A stretch of DNA of 64,000 nucleotides from Candidatus Spongiisociaceae bacterium (GTDB lineage: Bacteria; Actinomycetota; Acidimicrobiia; Spongiisociales; Spongiisociaceae). The translations under genes were made by a program, and so were the position numbers. Under the pieces are notes generated by a model. It saw nothing but the letters and a program-made list of their open reading frames with translations. It was not told the DNA's origin and ran no database searches. The stretch lies in assembly GCA_965219685.1 (NCBI GenBank), contig CBDCOH010000002.1:3840001-3904000 (forward strand), given 5' to 3'. How positions within the stretch are numbered: position 1 is the first letter of the stretch; each line of letters begins with the position of its first letter. This document shows positions 26,520 to 36,279 of the stretch, piece by piece.

Positions 26520-28598
26520 ATGAGATTTCGGTTGTTGGCGCTGCTAGCGGTATTCGCGCTGGTAGTCGCCGCATGCGGTGGTGACGACGAGGAGGAGGCC
26601 ACCACCACGCAGGCACCGGCTGCTGCTGAGACCACGGCGGCCACTACCGCTGATACGGCTGCGCCCGCTGCTGCGCCGGCTGCGGATCTACCCGAGGTTT
26701 GTCAGGGTTATGACGGTACGGGTATGACGATCGGTTACGGGGATCTGACTGCTGGTATCCCGTTCGTGACCCAGGTGTTGGACAATCTGATGGAGGTTGC
26801 CGAGGCGTGCAACGTGGACGTCTTGTACGCGGATAACAACTTGGACGGTGAGACGGCTCTGGAGAATGCTCGGACGTTCACCCTGGCTGAGGTTGATGGT
26901 GTGATCCAGTTCCAGATCGACGCGTCGATCGAGGGTGCGCTCTGTGACGAGTTGCGGGCGAACGACCCGAATCTCCCGGTGATCGCGATCGATATCGCCC
27001 ATCCGTCTTGTGCTCTGTTCTTCGGGGCTGACAACAGCTACGCAGGTGAGCTGGCCGGCCAGGCGCTGGGTCAGTGGGCTCAGGAGAACTGGGGTTGTGA
27101 GATCGATATGGTCGTGACCATGGAGACCTTCGTGGTCGGCCAGGTGAACATCGATCGGGCCAACGGCATGGTTCGGGGCATCTCCCAGGTGTGTACGGGT
27201 CTCGACTACGGGGACTTCGAGAACTGGTCGCCGGACGCGACGGGGATCGTGACGCGGATCGATGGTGGTGGTACCACCGATGGTGCGTTCCCGAAGGTGT
27301 TGGACACGTTCACCGCTAATCCTGGCAAGCGGATCGCGGTGGTGTCTTTGAACGACGATATGGGTTTGGCGGCTCTGGCGGCGGCCCGTGAGTTGGGTAT
27401 CGAGGACATGGTCGTGTACGCGAGTCAGGGCGCTGACGCGACGATCCATTCCGAGATCCGGAGCAACCCGCAGTACATCGGGTCGACGGGGTACTTCCCC
27501 GAGACCTACGGGAACTATGTGATCCCGGCCATCCTGGCCATGATCGCCGGCGATGACGTACCGGATCCGTTGTACGTGAACCACATCTTCGTGAGCGCGG
27601 ACAACATCGACCAGTTCTACCCGGCCGACGGCACGGCCGCACCTGCCGTATCGGCGATGCCTGACGTGTGTCAGGGTTATGACGGTACGGGTATGACGAT
27701 CGGTTACGGGGATCTGACTGCTGGTATCCCGTTCGTGACCCAGGTGTTGGACAATCTGATGGAGGTTGCCGAGGCGTGCAACGTGGACGTCTTGTACGCG
27801 GATAACAACTTGGACGGTGAGACGGCTCTGGAGAATGCTCGGACGTTCACCCTGGCTGAGGTTGATGGTGTGATCCAGTTCCAGATCGACGCGTCGATCG
27901 AGGGTGCGCTCTGTGACGAGTTGCGGGCGAACGACCCGAATCTCCCGGTGATCGCGATCGATATCGCCCATCCGTCTTGTGCTCTGTTCTTCGGGGCTGA
28001 CAACAGCTACGCAGGTGAGCTGGCCGGCCAGGCGCTGGGTCAGTGGGCTCAGGAGAACTGGGGTTGTGAGATCGATATGGTCGTGACCATGGAGACCTTC
28101 GTGGTCGGCCAGGTGAACATCGATCGGGCCAACGGCATGGTTCGGGGCATCTCCCAGGTGTGTACGGGTCTCGACTACGGGGACTTCGAGAACTGGTCGC
28201 CGGACGCGACGGGGATCGTGACGCGGATCGATGGTGGTGGTACCACCGATGGTGCGTTCCCGAAGGTGTTGGACACGTTCACCGCTAATCCTGGCAAGCG
28301 GATCGCGGTGGTGTCTTTGAACGACGATATGGGTTTGGCGGCTCTGGCGGCGGCCCGTGAGTTGGGTATCGAGGACATGGTCGTGTACGCGAGTCAGGGC
28401 GCTGACGCGACGATCCATTCCGAGATCCGGAGCAACCCGCAGTACATCGGGTCGACGGGGTACTTCCCCGAGACCTACGGGAACTATGTGATCCCGGCCA
28501 TCCTGGCCATGATCGCCGGCGATGACGTACCGGATCCGTTGTACGTGAACCACATCTTCGTGAGCGCGGACAACATCGACCAGTTCTACCCGGGCTGA
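26520..28598 (+). CDS. Sugar ABC transporter substrate-binding lipoprotein with two identical RbsB-like domains
   Basis: Signal peptide with VAAC lipobox, Ala/Thr linker, then two copies of a roughly 308-aa periplasmic binding domain. Confidence 0.88.
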   Translation: MRFRLLALLAVFALVVAACGGDDEEEATTTQAPAAAETTAATTADTAAPAAAPAADLPEVCQGYDGTGMTIGYGDLTAGIPFVTQVLDNLMEVAEACNVDVLYADNNLDGETALENARTFTLAEVDGVIQFQIDASIEGALCDELRANDPNLPVIAIDIAHPSCALFFGADNSYAGELAGQALGQWAQENWGCEIDMVVTMETFVVGQVNIDRANGMVRGISQVCTGLDYGDFENWSPDATGIVTRIDGGGTTDGAFPKVLDTFTANPGKRIAVVSLNDDMGLAALAAARELGIEDMVVYASQGADATIHSEIRSNPQYIGSTGYFPETYGNYVIPAILAMIAGDDVPDPLYVNHIFVSADNIDQFYPADGTAAPAVSAMPDVCQGYDGTGMTIGYGDLTAGIPFVTQVLDNLMEVAEACNVDVLYADNNLDGETALENARTFTLAEVDGVIQFQIDASIEGALCDELRANDPNLPVIAIDIAHPSCALFFGADNSYAGELAGQALGQWAQENWGCEIDMVVTMETFVVGQVNIDRANGMVRGISQVCTGLDYGDFENWSPDATGIVTRIDGGGTTDGAFPKVLDTFTANPGKRIAVVSLNDDMGLAALAAARELGIEDMVVYASQGADATIHSEIRSNPQYIGSTGYFPETYGNYVIPAILAMIAGDDVPDPLYVNHIFVSADNIDQFYPG
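26700..28593 (+). repeat. 925-bp direct repeat (26700-27624 and 27669-28593)
   Basis: Offset 969 bp; identical protein translation and identical antisense ORFs in both copies; no mismatch seen by eye. Confidence 0.93.
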
Positions 28599-28618
28599 GA
28601 ACGCAGGTAATCGGCTAA

Positions 28619-28653
28619 CGGGGCGGCGAAGGGCAACCCTCTTCGCCGCCCCG
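28619..28653 (+). terminator. Strong hairpin between SBP and permease (mRNA stabiliser or partial terminator)
   Basis: CGGGGCGGCGAAG..CTTCGCCGCCCCG 13-bp stem with no U-tract. Confidence 0.65.
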
Positions 28654-28678
28654 CATTCCGCAGGAGCGAAGGAGAACA

Positions 28679-29695
28679 ATGGAGGAGACCCCGGTCGGCA
28701 AGGGTGGAGAAGTTTCGCCGGACGCGCCACCGTCGGTAGGTATCGGCAGGCGGGCACGCATCGCCCGCGTGTTCGTGGCGATGCCTCCCGAAGTGGTGCT
28801 GATCGTGGTCCTGGTGATCCTCGGGGTGATCTTCTGGCAGGGCAGCGAGTTCTTCCTGACCACCCGAAACATGCGCAACGTCCTGCTGTCGGTCTCGGTG
28901 CTGGGCATTCTCGCCGCACCGGGCACCCTGCTCCTCATATCGGGCAACTTCGACCTGTCGGTGGCATCGGCAGCTGCTTTATGTGGCTGCATAGCCGGAG
29001 TCGTCGCCGAGGAGAACAGCGCCGCGATGGCGATCCTCGCCGCGATCGGCGTCGGCCTGCTGGCCGGGATCTTCAACGGGGTGCTTTCCGCCTATGCCGG
29101 GATTGCCTCGATCGTGGTCACGCTCGGTACCTGGTTGGGATACCGTGGCCTGGCGCGCCTGTTCTCCAACGGCCAGACGATCCGTATGAACGGCAAGGTC
29201 GAGTTCATCACCAACGACATTCTCGGTGTCCCGGCGCAGATAGTGATCTTCGTGCTGATCACCGTGCTGGCGTGGTTCGTGGTCCGCTATACGCGCTTCG
29301 GTCGATCCGTGTACGCCATAGGCAGCAACCCGACGGCGGCGCGGCTGTCGGGGATCCGGCAGAAGCCGACGGTCTTCGTGATGTTCATCGTCAGCGGTTT
29401 GCTGGCTGGCCTCGCCGGGCTGATACTCGCCTCGCAACTGGACGCGGCTTCCGGGAACGCCGCCACCGGAGTGGAGTTGGAAGTGGTGGCCGCCATCATC
29501 CTGGGTGGCGCCAGTCTATCGGGTGGCCGGGGCACCATTCCGGGAACGGTGCTAGGGGTATTCATCCTGGGCATCATGCAGAACGGCCTCACCCTGCTGA
29601 GCATCTCGTCGTTCTGGCAGGACGTGGCGACCGGCGTGGTCCTGGTGGCGGCGGTCGGGCTGGACCAGGTGAGGCTGCGCCTGAGCGGATCATGA
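28679..29695 (+). CDS. Sugar ABC transporter permease (RbsC-like)
   Basis: FDLSV, TRFGRSVYAIGSNPTAARLSGI, ELEVVAAIILGGASLSGG. Confidence 0.93.
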   Translation: MEETPVGKGGEVSPDAPPSVGIGRRARIARVFVAMPPEVVLIVVLVILGVIFWQGSEFFLTTRNMRNVLLSVSVLGILAAPGTLLLISGNFDLSVASAAALCGCIAGVVAEENSAAMAILAAIGVGLLAGIFNGVLSAYAGIASIVVTLGTWLGYRGLARLFSNGQTIRMNGKVEFITNDILGVPAQIVIFVLITVLAWFVVRYTRFGRSVYAIGSNPTAARLSGIRQKPTVFVMFIVSGLLAGLAGLILASQLDAASGNAATGVELEVVAAIILGGASLSGGRGTIPGTVLGVFILGIMQNGLTLLSISSFWQDVATGVVLVAAVGLDQVRLRLSGS

Positions 29696-31242
29696 CGCTG
29701 GAAAACGGAGCGGTTTCCGAGAAGCTGGAGTTGCGGGCAACCGGGCTCCGGAAGAGCTTCGGCGGTGTCGAGGTTCTCCACGGTGTGGATATCGCGGTCA
29801 AGGGAGGTGAGGTCCTCGCCCTCTTGGGAGAGAACGGGGCGGGTAAGTCCACCGCCATCAAGATCCTGGCCGGTGACTACAAGCGCGATGCCGGTGTCAT
29901 TGTCATCGACGGCGAAGAGGCTGAGATTCGGAACCCGCGCGACGCCGGCGCCTACGGCCTCAGGGTGATCTACCAGGAGTTCTCCGACGCCCCCGATCTG
30001 AGCGTGGCGGAGAACCTGTCATTGGGAAGTCTGCCCCGCAATCGCTTCGGTCTGGTCGACTGGGCGCAGGTCCGGCGCGATGCCAAGGAGATCCTCGAAA
30101 AGCTCGGAATCGAGTTGCCCATCCGGGCTCTGGTGGGAACCCTCGGCGTGGCCGAGCGGCAGGTCCTGGAAATCGCCCGGGCATTGGCCAGAAGCGCCCG
30201 CCTGCTGATCCTGGACGAGCCCACCTCGGCGCTGACCCTTGAGGAGACCGATGCCCTCTTCGCCTTCATCGAGCGTCTGAAGGCCCAGGGCGTGGCCATC
30301 ATCTACATCACCCACCGCCTCGACGAGGTCGAGCGGATAGCGGACAACGTGCTGGTCTTCCGGGACGGCGACGCGGTCGCCGAGGGACCGGTGGGCGAGT
30401 TCGGCCGCAAGGAGATGGTCGAGGCAATGGTCGGCCACGAATTGGTGGAGGAGGTCGCCTCCCTGCGCGGGGAGGGCCACGAGATCGGTGAACCGGTCCT
30501 GACCATCGAAGGAGCCACCGGGGACGGGGTCTTCAGAGATGTGGACCTTGAGGTGCGGGAAGGCGAGATACTCTCGCTCTTCGGGAGGATCGGCTGCGGA
30601 GCGCTCGAACTTGCCGAGGCGGTCTTCGGGCTCCGGGAGATGACCGCCGGTTCGATGCGCGTCGGCGAGGTCGGCGGCCAGCCCACCTCGCCGAAGGACG
30701 CCATCGGCCGCTTCGGGATCGGCTTCGTGCCCATCGACCGCAAGATCGACGGGTTGCTCACCGTGCTGAACGTGGCCGAGAACCTGAGCGTGGCATCGTG
30801 GCCGTGGATGACGAGAGTCGGTCTGCTTCCCCCCAAGGCTACGGCCAGAGTCTTCGACCGGTGGTACGACACGCTGGACATCCGGGGCAAGGGAGGCGCC
30901 ACCCAGATCGTCGACACCCTCTCGGGCGGGAACCAGCAGAAGGTCGTGCTCGGCCGGTGGCTGGAGCGGCAGTCGAAGTTGCTGGTCCTCGCCGAACCGA
31001 CCCGAGGCGTCGACGTCGGTGCCCGGGCGCAGATCTACCACGTGCTCCGGCGTTTCGCCGACGAGGGGATCGCGGTGCTCATCGTCACGTCGGACATCGA
31101 GGAGGTCGTCCGGATCTCCGACACCATCGTGGTCATGTCACGGGGCCGGGTGGTCGCTCGCCACCGGGCAAGCGAAGTCGACCGGGCCCAACTCATCCGC
31201 CAAGCCGCTGAGGACACTGTGGAGGCTGCTGCGGCCGGGTAA
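29692..31242 (+). CDS. Sugar ABC transporter ATPase (RbsA-like, two NBDs)
   Basis: GENGAGKST, ILDEPT, LSGGNQQK, EPTRGVDVGA. Confidence 0.93.
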   Translation: MTLENGAVSEKLELRATGLRKSFGGVEVLHGVDIAVKGGEVLALLGENGAGKSTAIKILAGDYKRDAGVIVIDGEEAEIRNPRDAGAYGLRVIYQEFSDAPDLSVAENLSLGSLPRNRFGLVDWAQVRRDAKEILEKLGIELPIRALVGTLGVAERQVLEIARALARSARLLILDEPTSALTLEETDALFAFIERLKAQGVAIIYITHRLDEVERIADNVLVFRDGDAVAEGPVGEFGRKEMVEAMVGHELVEEVASLRGEGHEIGEPVLTIEGATGDGVFRDVDLEVREGEILSLFGRIGCGALELAEAVFGLREMTAGSMRVGEVGGQPTSPKDAIGRFGIGFVPIDRKIDGLLTVLNVAENLSVASWPWMTRVGLLPPKATARVFDRWYDTLDIRGKGGATQIVDTLSGGNQQKVVLGRWLERQSKLLVLAEPTRGVDVGARAQIYHVLRRFADEGIAVLIVTSDIEEVVRISDTIVVMSRGRVVARHRASEVDRAQLIRQAAEDTVEAAAAG

Positions 31243-31389
31243 CCGGTGCCTCCCTCCGCAGATGGTTCACCGTCCCACTTGAGGACGTAGCTACACGCTA
31301 CGCTCGCGGACGGATCAGCGGGCCTGTGGACGACCCGTTCGCCAAGTCGTATCCGGCGGCAGCGGACTCCGGTGTCAGGGAGGGGTGAG

Positions 31390-31875
31390 GTGGCAAGGCT
31401 TGTACCGCATGACATTGAGGTGCCGTACGGAGTCGAGACCGATCGTTTCAGGATCCGGCCGATAACGATCCACGACACCGTAATGGACTATGACGCGGTG
31501 ATGACCAGTGTCGATCACCTCAGGGGGTGCCTCTTCGACTCTCCCGGTTGGCCGAGCCCCGACCTTACGCTGACGCAGAACATGATCGATCTGGCATGGC
31601 ACCAGAAGGAGGGCCAACTCCGTCGATCGTTCGCCTTCGCGGTGACGAGTCTCGACGAGAGCGTGCAACTCGGTTGTCTCTACATCGACCCACCATCAAA
31701 GGAGGGGATCGACGCGGAGGTGTCGATGTGGGTCAGAGCGAGCGAGGCGGACACCGGTCTCGATGCGGAACTCTACGAGACGGTTCGCCGCTGGGTTGAC
31801 GACGAGTGGCCGTTCGACCGGGTGGCCTATCCGGGCCGGGAGTACACCCGGGAGGAGTGGGACGCTCTTCCCTGA
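31390..31875 (+). CDS. GNAT-fold N-acetyltransferase-like protein
   Basis: DYDAVM..DLAWHQKE..GCLYIDP..WPF..YPGR, a conserved small GNAT-like pattern. Confidence 0.7.
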   Translation: MARLVPHDIEVPYGVETDRFRIRPITIHDTVMDYDAVMTSVDHLRGCLFDSPGWPSPDLTLTQNMIDLAWHQKEGQLRRSFAFAVTSLDESVQLGCLYIDPPSKEGIDAEVSMWVRASEADTGLDAELYETVRRWVDDEWPFDRVAYPGREYTREEWDALP

Positions 31876-31983
31876 CCCGCTCTGACCGTACCGATCGCTC
31901 CGAGGATCAACTCGCCGAACCGTATCATCACCCTCGAGGGTCATGCCGTTGTCGCGGCGACATTCCGATTGAGGGAGAGACAG

Positions 31984-32859
31984 GTGACTGAGGTAGTTGG
32001 GGTGATCGGGCTCGGGGTCATGGGCTCAGCGATGGCGGCTAACTTGGTTGCGGCCGGTCACACGGTCGTAGGGTTCGACATCGACCCGGGGCGGCGGTCC
32101 TCCGCAGCCGAAGCGGGAATCCGGATCAGGGATTCGGCGGGAGCGGTGGGAGCCACGTCGGAGATCGTCATCTTCTCATTGCCTACCCCGTCGGCGCTTG
32201 CCGATGTCTCCTCTCACGTGGCAGCCCGAGCCCGGGAGGGACTGCTCTGCCTGGAGACCGGGACCTTCCCCCTCGCAGCCAAGACGGAGGCCAGGGATGT
32301 CCTGGCGGCGTCCGGAATCGAGTTGATGGATGCCCCGCTCTCAGGAACCGGGCTCCAGGCAGCCGACGGCGCCCTGGTGGTGTTCGCATCCGGGAGCCGC
32401 GAAGGCTACGACCGGGCCGGTCCGGTGTTCAGGGCCATCGGTAGGTCGAGCCATTACCTGGGGCAGTTCGGGAACGGGTCAAGAATGAAGTACATCGCCA
32501 ACTTGCTGGTGGTGGTGCACAGCCTGGTTGCCGCGGAGGCCCATGTCCTGGGTGCGGCAACCGGCATGGACCCGGCGACAGTGCAGCGATTGGCCGAGGA
32601 CAGTACCGGCTCGTCGAGGATGCTCGAGATCAGGGGCCCCATGATGGTGGTCGATGACTACCCGCCGGCAGGCCGCCTCGACGTCCTCCTCAAGGACGCC
32701 GAGATCATCAAGGACTTCGCGAGAAGCGCCGGCGTCCCCACGCCGCTTCTCGATGCGGCACTCGAGGTCTACCGTCAGGCCAGCGCCGCCGGCATGGGAA
32801 GCTTCGATGCCGCAGTCCTCTGTCGCTATCTCGAAGCCGAGGTCGGTCTCGAGACGTGA
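31984..32859 (+). CDS. 3-hydroxyisobutyrate dehydrogenase family NAD(P)-dependent oxidoreductase
   Basis: GVIGLGVMGSAMA, DAPLSG, GSRMKYIANLL. Confidence 0.9.
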   Translation: MTEVVGVIGLGVMGSAMAANLVAAGHTVVGFDIDPGRRSSAAEAGIRIRDSAGAVGATSEIVIFSLPTPSALADVSSHVAARAREGLLCLETGTFPLAAKTEARDVLAASGIELMDAPLSGTGLQAADGALVVFASGSREGYDRAGPVFRAIGRSSHYLGQFGNGSRMKYIANLLVVVHSLVAAEAHVLGAATGMDPATVQRLAEDSTGSSRMLEIRGPMMVVDDYPPAGRLDVLLKDAEIIKDFARSAGVPTPLLDAALEVYRQASAAGMGSFDAAVLCRYLEAEVGLET

Positions 32860-32922
32860 TCGGGTTCCCTACCCGGCCTGGACACCGGGACACGATTGTG
32901 GGTGCGGGCGTTGTAACCGGCC

Positions 32923-33108
32923 TCAGGAGGTGAGGAGAGACACGACGAACGTGAAGGCCCCCAATATGATCGCGACCGCAGCGAATATGGCCATGATCGT
33001 CCACCGTATCCAACGACCCATGAATTGTTCCACTTCCAGGAGGGTTCGGGTCCGCGTCGCGTCGGCACGGGCATCCACGTAGCCCTCAGAAGCTCCGCCA
33101 CCAGCCAT
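32923..33108 (-). CDS. Small membrane protein
   Basis: 61 aa with one C-terminal hydrophobic helix; GGAG upstream of the ATG. Confidence 0.5.
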   Translation of the reverse strand: MAGGGASEGYVDARADATRTRTLLEVEQFMGRWIRWTIMAIFAAVAIILGAFTFVVSLLTS

Positions 33109-33157
33109 TACCTACTCCAAGCCGATCCGGGTAGGCACCCATAGTACCTATCCACAG

Positions 33158-33180
33158 TTGTTAACAATAAATATATAACA
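33158..33180. promoter_or_regulatory. AT-rich palindromic site (TTGTTAACAA)
   Basis: Perfect 10-bp palindrome within an AT-rich patch in a divergent intergenic region. Confidence 0.45.
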
Positions 33181-33335
33181 TAGCTACTAGAGTGTCAACC
33201 CGTCCCGCGTCACGCTACGCGGGCGTACGGCTCGCGGACGGGGGCACGCGCTGTCCGCTGCAAGGTGATCCGGTACCATCAAGCCGGTGGCCGATGTCCG
33301 GTCGTGATCACACGCACCAGGGAGGACACCATCGA

Positions 33336-34418
33336 ATGACCGCAGTTGTCCAGACCGTCACCGGGCCCATCGCTCCCGCCGAGCTCGGGGTGACGATGCC
33401 TCACGAGCATCTCCTGCTGCTCAACCCGTCTTTCGTGGAGCCCTTGGAGGCCTCTGAGCGCCACCGCGCCCACGAGCCGGTGTCGGAGCACAACATCGAG
33501 TGGGTGCGCCAGTACTGGACCTCCAACGTGGACAACCTGCAACTCTACGACGAGGTGACCGCCAGGGAGGAGGCGGCCTGGTACTACCGGGCCGGAGGCG
33601 ACACGCTCATCGACCCCACCACCCGCTACATCGCCCGCGACCCGCGGGCCCTGGTGCGGATCTCTCGGGGGAGCGGGGTCAACATCGTGGCCGGAACCGG
33701 TTTCTACGTGGCCGAGACCCACCCGCCGGACATGGGCAGCCGCTCGGCGGAAGACCTGGCCGCCGAGATGATCGGCGAACTGACCGAGGGCATCGATTAC
33801 ACCGGGGTCCGGGCCGGGTTCATCGGCGAGATCGGCTGCTTCTGGCCACTGCGCGATGACGAGCGGAAGGTACTGCGGGCCGCCGCGCTGGCTTCCGTGG
33901 AGACCGGGGCAGCTGTGATGGTCCATCCCGGCCGCCATCCCGACGCCCCGGCCGAGATCGTGTCCGTCCTCACGGAGGTGGGGATGCCGACCGACAAGAT
34001 CATCATCGCCCACATGGACAGGACGATCCTGGAGCCCGAGGCCGTCCTTGAGTTCGCACAGAGCGGCTGCTACCTGGAGTACGACCTGTTCGGTGTGGAG
34101 ACCTCCATGTACCCGACGGTGGCCGAGAAGACGCCGGCAGGCATCGTCCCCAGCCGGCCTCCGGGGCTGTCCTTCATCAGCGATGCCCAGCGGCTGGACC
34201 GGTTGGACATGCTCATCGACCACGGGTACGCGGAGCGGCTCCTGATATCCATGGACATATGCACCAAGCACCGGCTGCACCGCTACGGCGGGCACGGTTA
34301 CGACCACATCCTCGAGAATGTCGTCCCTTGGATGAGGCGCCGGGGCACCAGCGAGGAGATCCTGCAAACACTCCTGGTGGAGAACCCGCGGCGGGTGTTC
34401 CCCATGAACGCCGGCTGA
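33336..34418 (+). CDS. Phosphotriesterase-family metallohydrolase
   Basis: VQTVTGPI..MPHEHL, GEIG, VHPG, AHMDR, LISMD motifs. Confidence 0.9.
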   Translation: MTAVVQTVTGPIAPAELGVTMPHEHLLLLNPSFVEPLEASERHRAHEPVSEHNIEWVRQYWTSNVDNLQLYDEVTAREEAAWYYRAGGDTLIDPTTRYIARDPRALVRISRGSGVNIVAGTGFYVAETHPPDMGSRSAEDLAAEMIGELTEGIDYTGVRAGFIGEIGCFWPLRDDERKVLRAAALASVETGAAVMVHPGRHPDAPAEIVSVLTEVGMPTDKIIIAHMDRTILEPEAVLEFAQSGCYLEYDLFGVETSMYPTVAEKTPAGIVPSRPPGLSFISDAQRLDRLDMLIDHGYAERLLISMDICTKHRLHRYGGHGYDHILENVVPWMRRRGTSEEILQTLLVENPRRVFPMNAG

Positions 34419-34440
34419 CCCGGACGGGACGGGACCTTCA

Positions 34441-35511
34441 ATGGCGAAGCTCAGGGCGGGTGTGATCGGGGCCGGATCCTGGGCGGTGGCCTCGCACATC
34501 CCCAACCTCGTGCGGCGATCCGACGAGGTCCAACTCGTGGGGGTCGCACGACCCGACCGAGAAATGCTCGACTGGGTTGCCGGCGAGTTCGGCTTCCGGA
34601 TGGCTGCCGCCGACTATCGCGAGGTGCTCGGAGAGCAACTCGATATCTGCATCGTCTCCAGTCCCAACCGGTTCCACTACCGGCAGGCCAAGGAAGCGAT
34701 GGAGTCGGGCGCCCACGTGATGGTCGAGAAGCCGTTCACCCTGGACCCGTCGGAGGCGTGGGATCTGGTGGATACGGCGGAGCGTCTCGACCGCCACCTC
34801 CTGCTGGCGTTGGGATGGAACTACCGGCCGATGGTCCGCCGGGCCAAAGAACTCGTGGAGGATGGAGGCGGCTTCGGCGACGTGGAGCACATCATGATCG
34901 ACATGTCCTCGGCGGCGCGTGAACTTCTCGCCGTCGGCGCCCCTTACGAGGCCGGGTCCTCGGTGGCCACCGCCCGGCCCGAGACCTACATGGACCCGAA
35001 CCTGTCCGGCGGGGGGTACGCGCAGGCCCAGCTATCCCACGCCCTCGGCATGGCCTTCTGGCTGGCCGAGGACGTGCATGCCTCCGAGGTGTTCGCCTTC
35101 ATGGCCAGACCCCTCCAAGCGCCGGTGGAACTGCACGACGCCATCACCGTCCGCTTCACCAACGGGGGGATCGCCACCGTCTCGGGCACCTCGTGCCACC
35201 TCGGCTACGACGGCAACAAGCATGTCCTCTCGGTCCGGATCATCGGATCGGAGGCGATGCTGTCCGTGGACGTGGGTCGCGAGCTGGTGTACTGGTACCG
35301 CGGCGACGGCGATGCCGTCCGGCTCGACCTGGATGACCATGCGGGGGACTACGACTGTGACGGGCCGGTGCATGCGCTGGTCGATCTGGCTCTCGGCAGG
35401 GAGGCGACGAACTGCTCGCCGGGCCACGTGGGGGCGCGGGCGGTTGAGGTGACCGAAGCCGCCTACCGCAGCGCCCGGACCGGTGAGGTAACCCGGATCG
35501 GATACTCATGA
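34441..35511 (+). CDS. Gfo/Idh/MocA oxidoreductase
   Basis: GVIGAG, HVMVEKP, GGG motifs. Confidence 0.9.
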   Translation: MAKLRAGVIGAGSWAVASHIPNLVRRSDEVQLVGVARPDREMLDWVAGEFGFRMAAADYREVLGEQLDICIVSSPNRFHYRQAKEAMESGAHVMVEKPFTLDPSEAWDLVDTAERLDRHLLLALGWNYRPMVRRAKELVEDGGGFGDVEHIMIDMSSAARELLAVGAPYEAGSSVATARPETYMDPNLSGGGYAQAQLSHALGMAFWLAEDVHASEVFAFMARPLQAPVELHDAITVRFTNGGIATVSGTSCHLGYDGNKHVLSVRIIGSEAMLSVDVGRELVYWYRGDGDAVRLDLDDHAGDYDCDGPVHALVDLALGREATNCSPGHVGARAVEVTEAAYRSARTGEVTRIGYS

Positions 35512-36215
35512 GCACCCGTACCGCCCTGGTGACCGGAACAGCCCAGGGGATCGGGCGGGCGATCGCCCGGGAACTGGCCGCCGGCGGCCTCCGGGTGGTG
35601 GGCGTCGACATCAACCCCCACACTGACGCCGCGATCGAGGAAGTGATCGTGGCCGACCTGAGGCGCGTCGAGGAGTGCCTGCGGGTGGTCTCGGAGGCCG
35701 GCGAGGTCGACGTCCTGGTCAACAACGCGGCGGTACTGGTCCAGGAGCCGTTCGAGACGTTCGCCATGGACGACTACGACCATGTGATGGCCGTGAACCT
35801 GAGAGCGCCGTTCCTGCTGGCTCGAGAACTGGGACCGGAGATGGCTGCAAGGGGATGGGGCCGGATCGTCAATATTTCGAGCATCGGCGCCCGGACAGGT
35901 GGCCTGGCGGACTCTTCGGTGTACTCGGCCGCCAAGGCCGGCTTGGTGGCGTTCACCAAGAACTTCGCCCGCAACCTCGGGCCTCGAGGTGTCACGGCTA
36001 ACGCGATCACCCCGGGAGCGATCCTCACGCCGATGGCGGCCGGGATCTTCGAGCGTGACCCTTCCATCGAAGCCAGGATCACCGCGGACATTCCCCTGCG
36101 GCGCTTCGCCCAGCCGGTCGAGGTAGCGACGGTGGTGGCTTTCCTGGCCTCCGACGAGGCCGCCTACGTCAACGGCGCCACCATCGACGTCAACGGCGGC
36201 TGGGTGATGACATAG
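35508..36215 (+). CDS. SDR family oxidoreductase (paralog of 24686-25381)
   Basis: VTGTAQGIG, NNAA, YSAAK; shares GARTGG, KNFARN and GATIDVNGGWVMT with the earlier SDR. Confidence 0.92.
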   Translation: MSTRTALVTGTAQGIGRAIARELAAGGLRVVGVDINPHTDAAIEEVIVADLRRVEECLRVVSEAGEVDVLVNNAAVLVQEPFETFAMDDYDHVMAVNLRAPFLLARELGPEMAARGWGRIVNISSIGARTGGLADSSVYSAAKAGLVAFTKNFARNLGPRGVTANAITPGAILTPMAAGIFERDPSIEARITADIPLRRFAQPVEVATVVAFLASDEAAYVNGATIDVNGGWVMT

Positions 36216-36279
36216 AGGGTCAGGCAGCCCCTGGATGTTGTGGCCTTCCGGCGTGGGGCTCGGTTGGTGGGTAGACCAG

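Noticed and set aside
33336-34418. Phosphotriesterase-like gene as part of the aryl-phosphate pathway
   Set aside because: It is 21 kb away, in a sugar-type operon with no IclR palindrome seen; many family members are lactonases.
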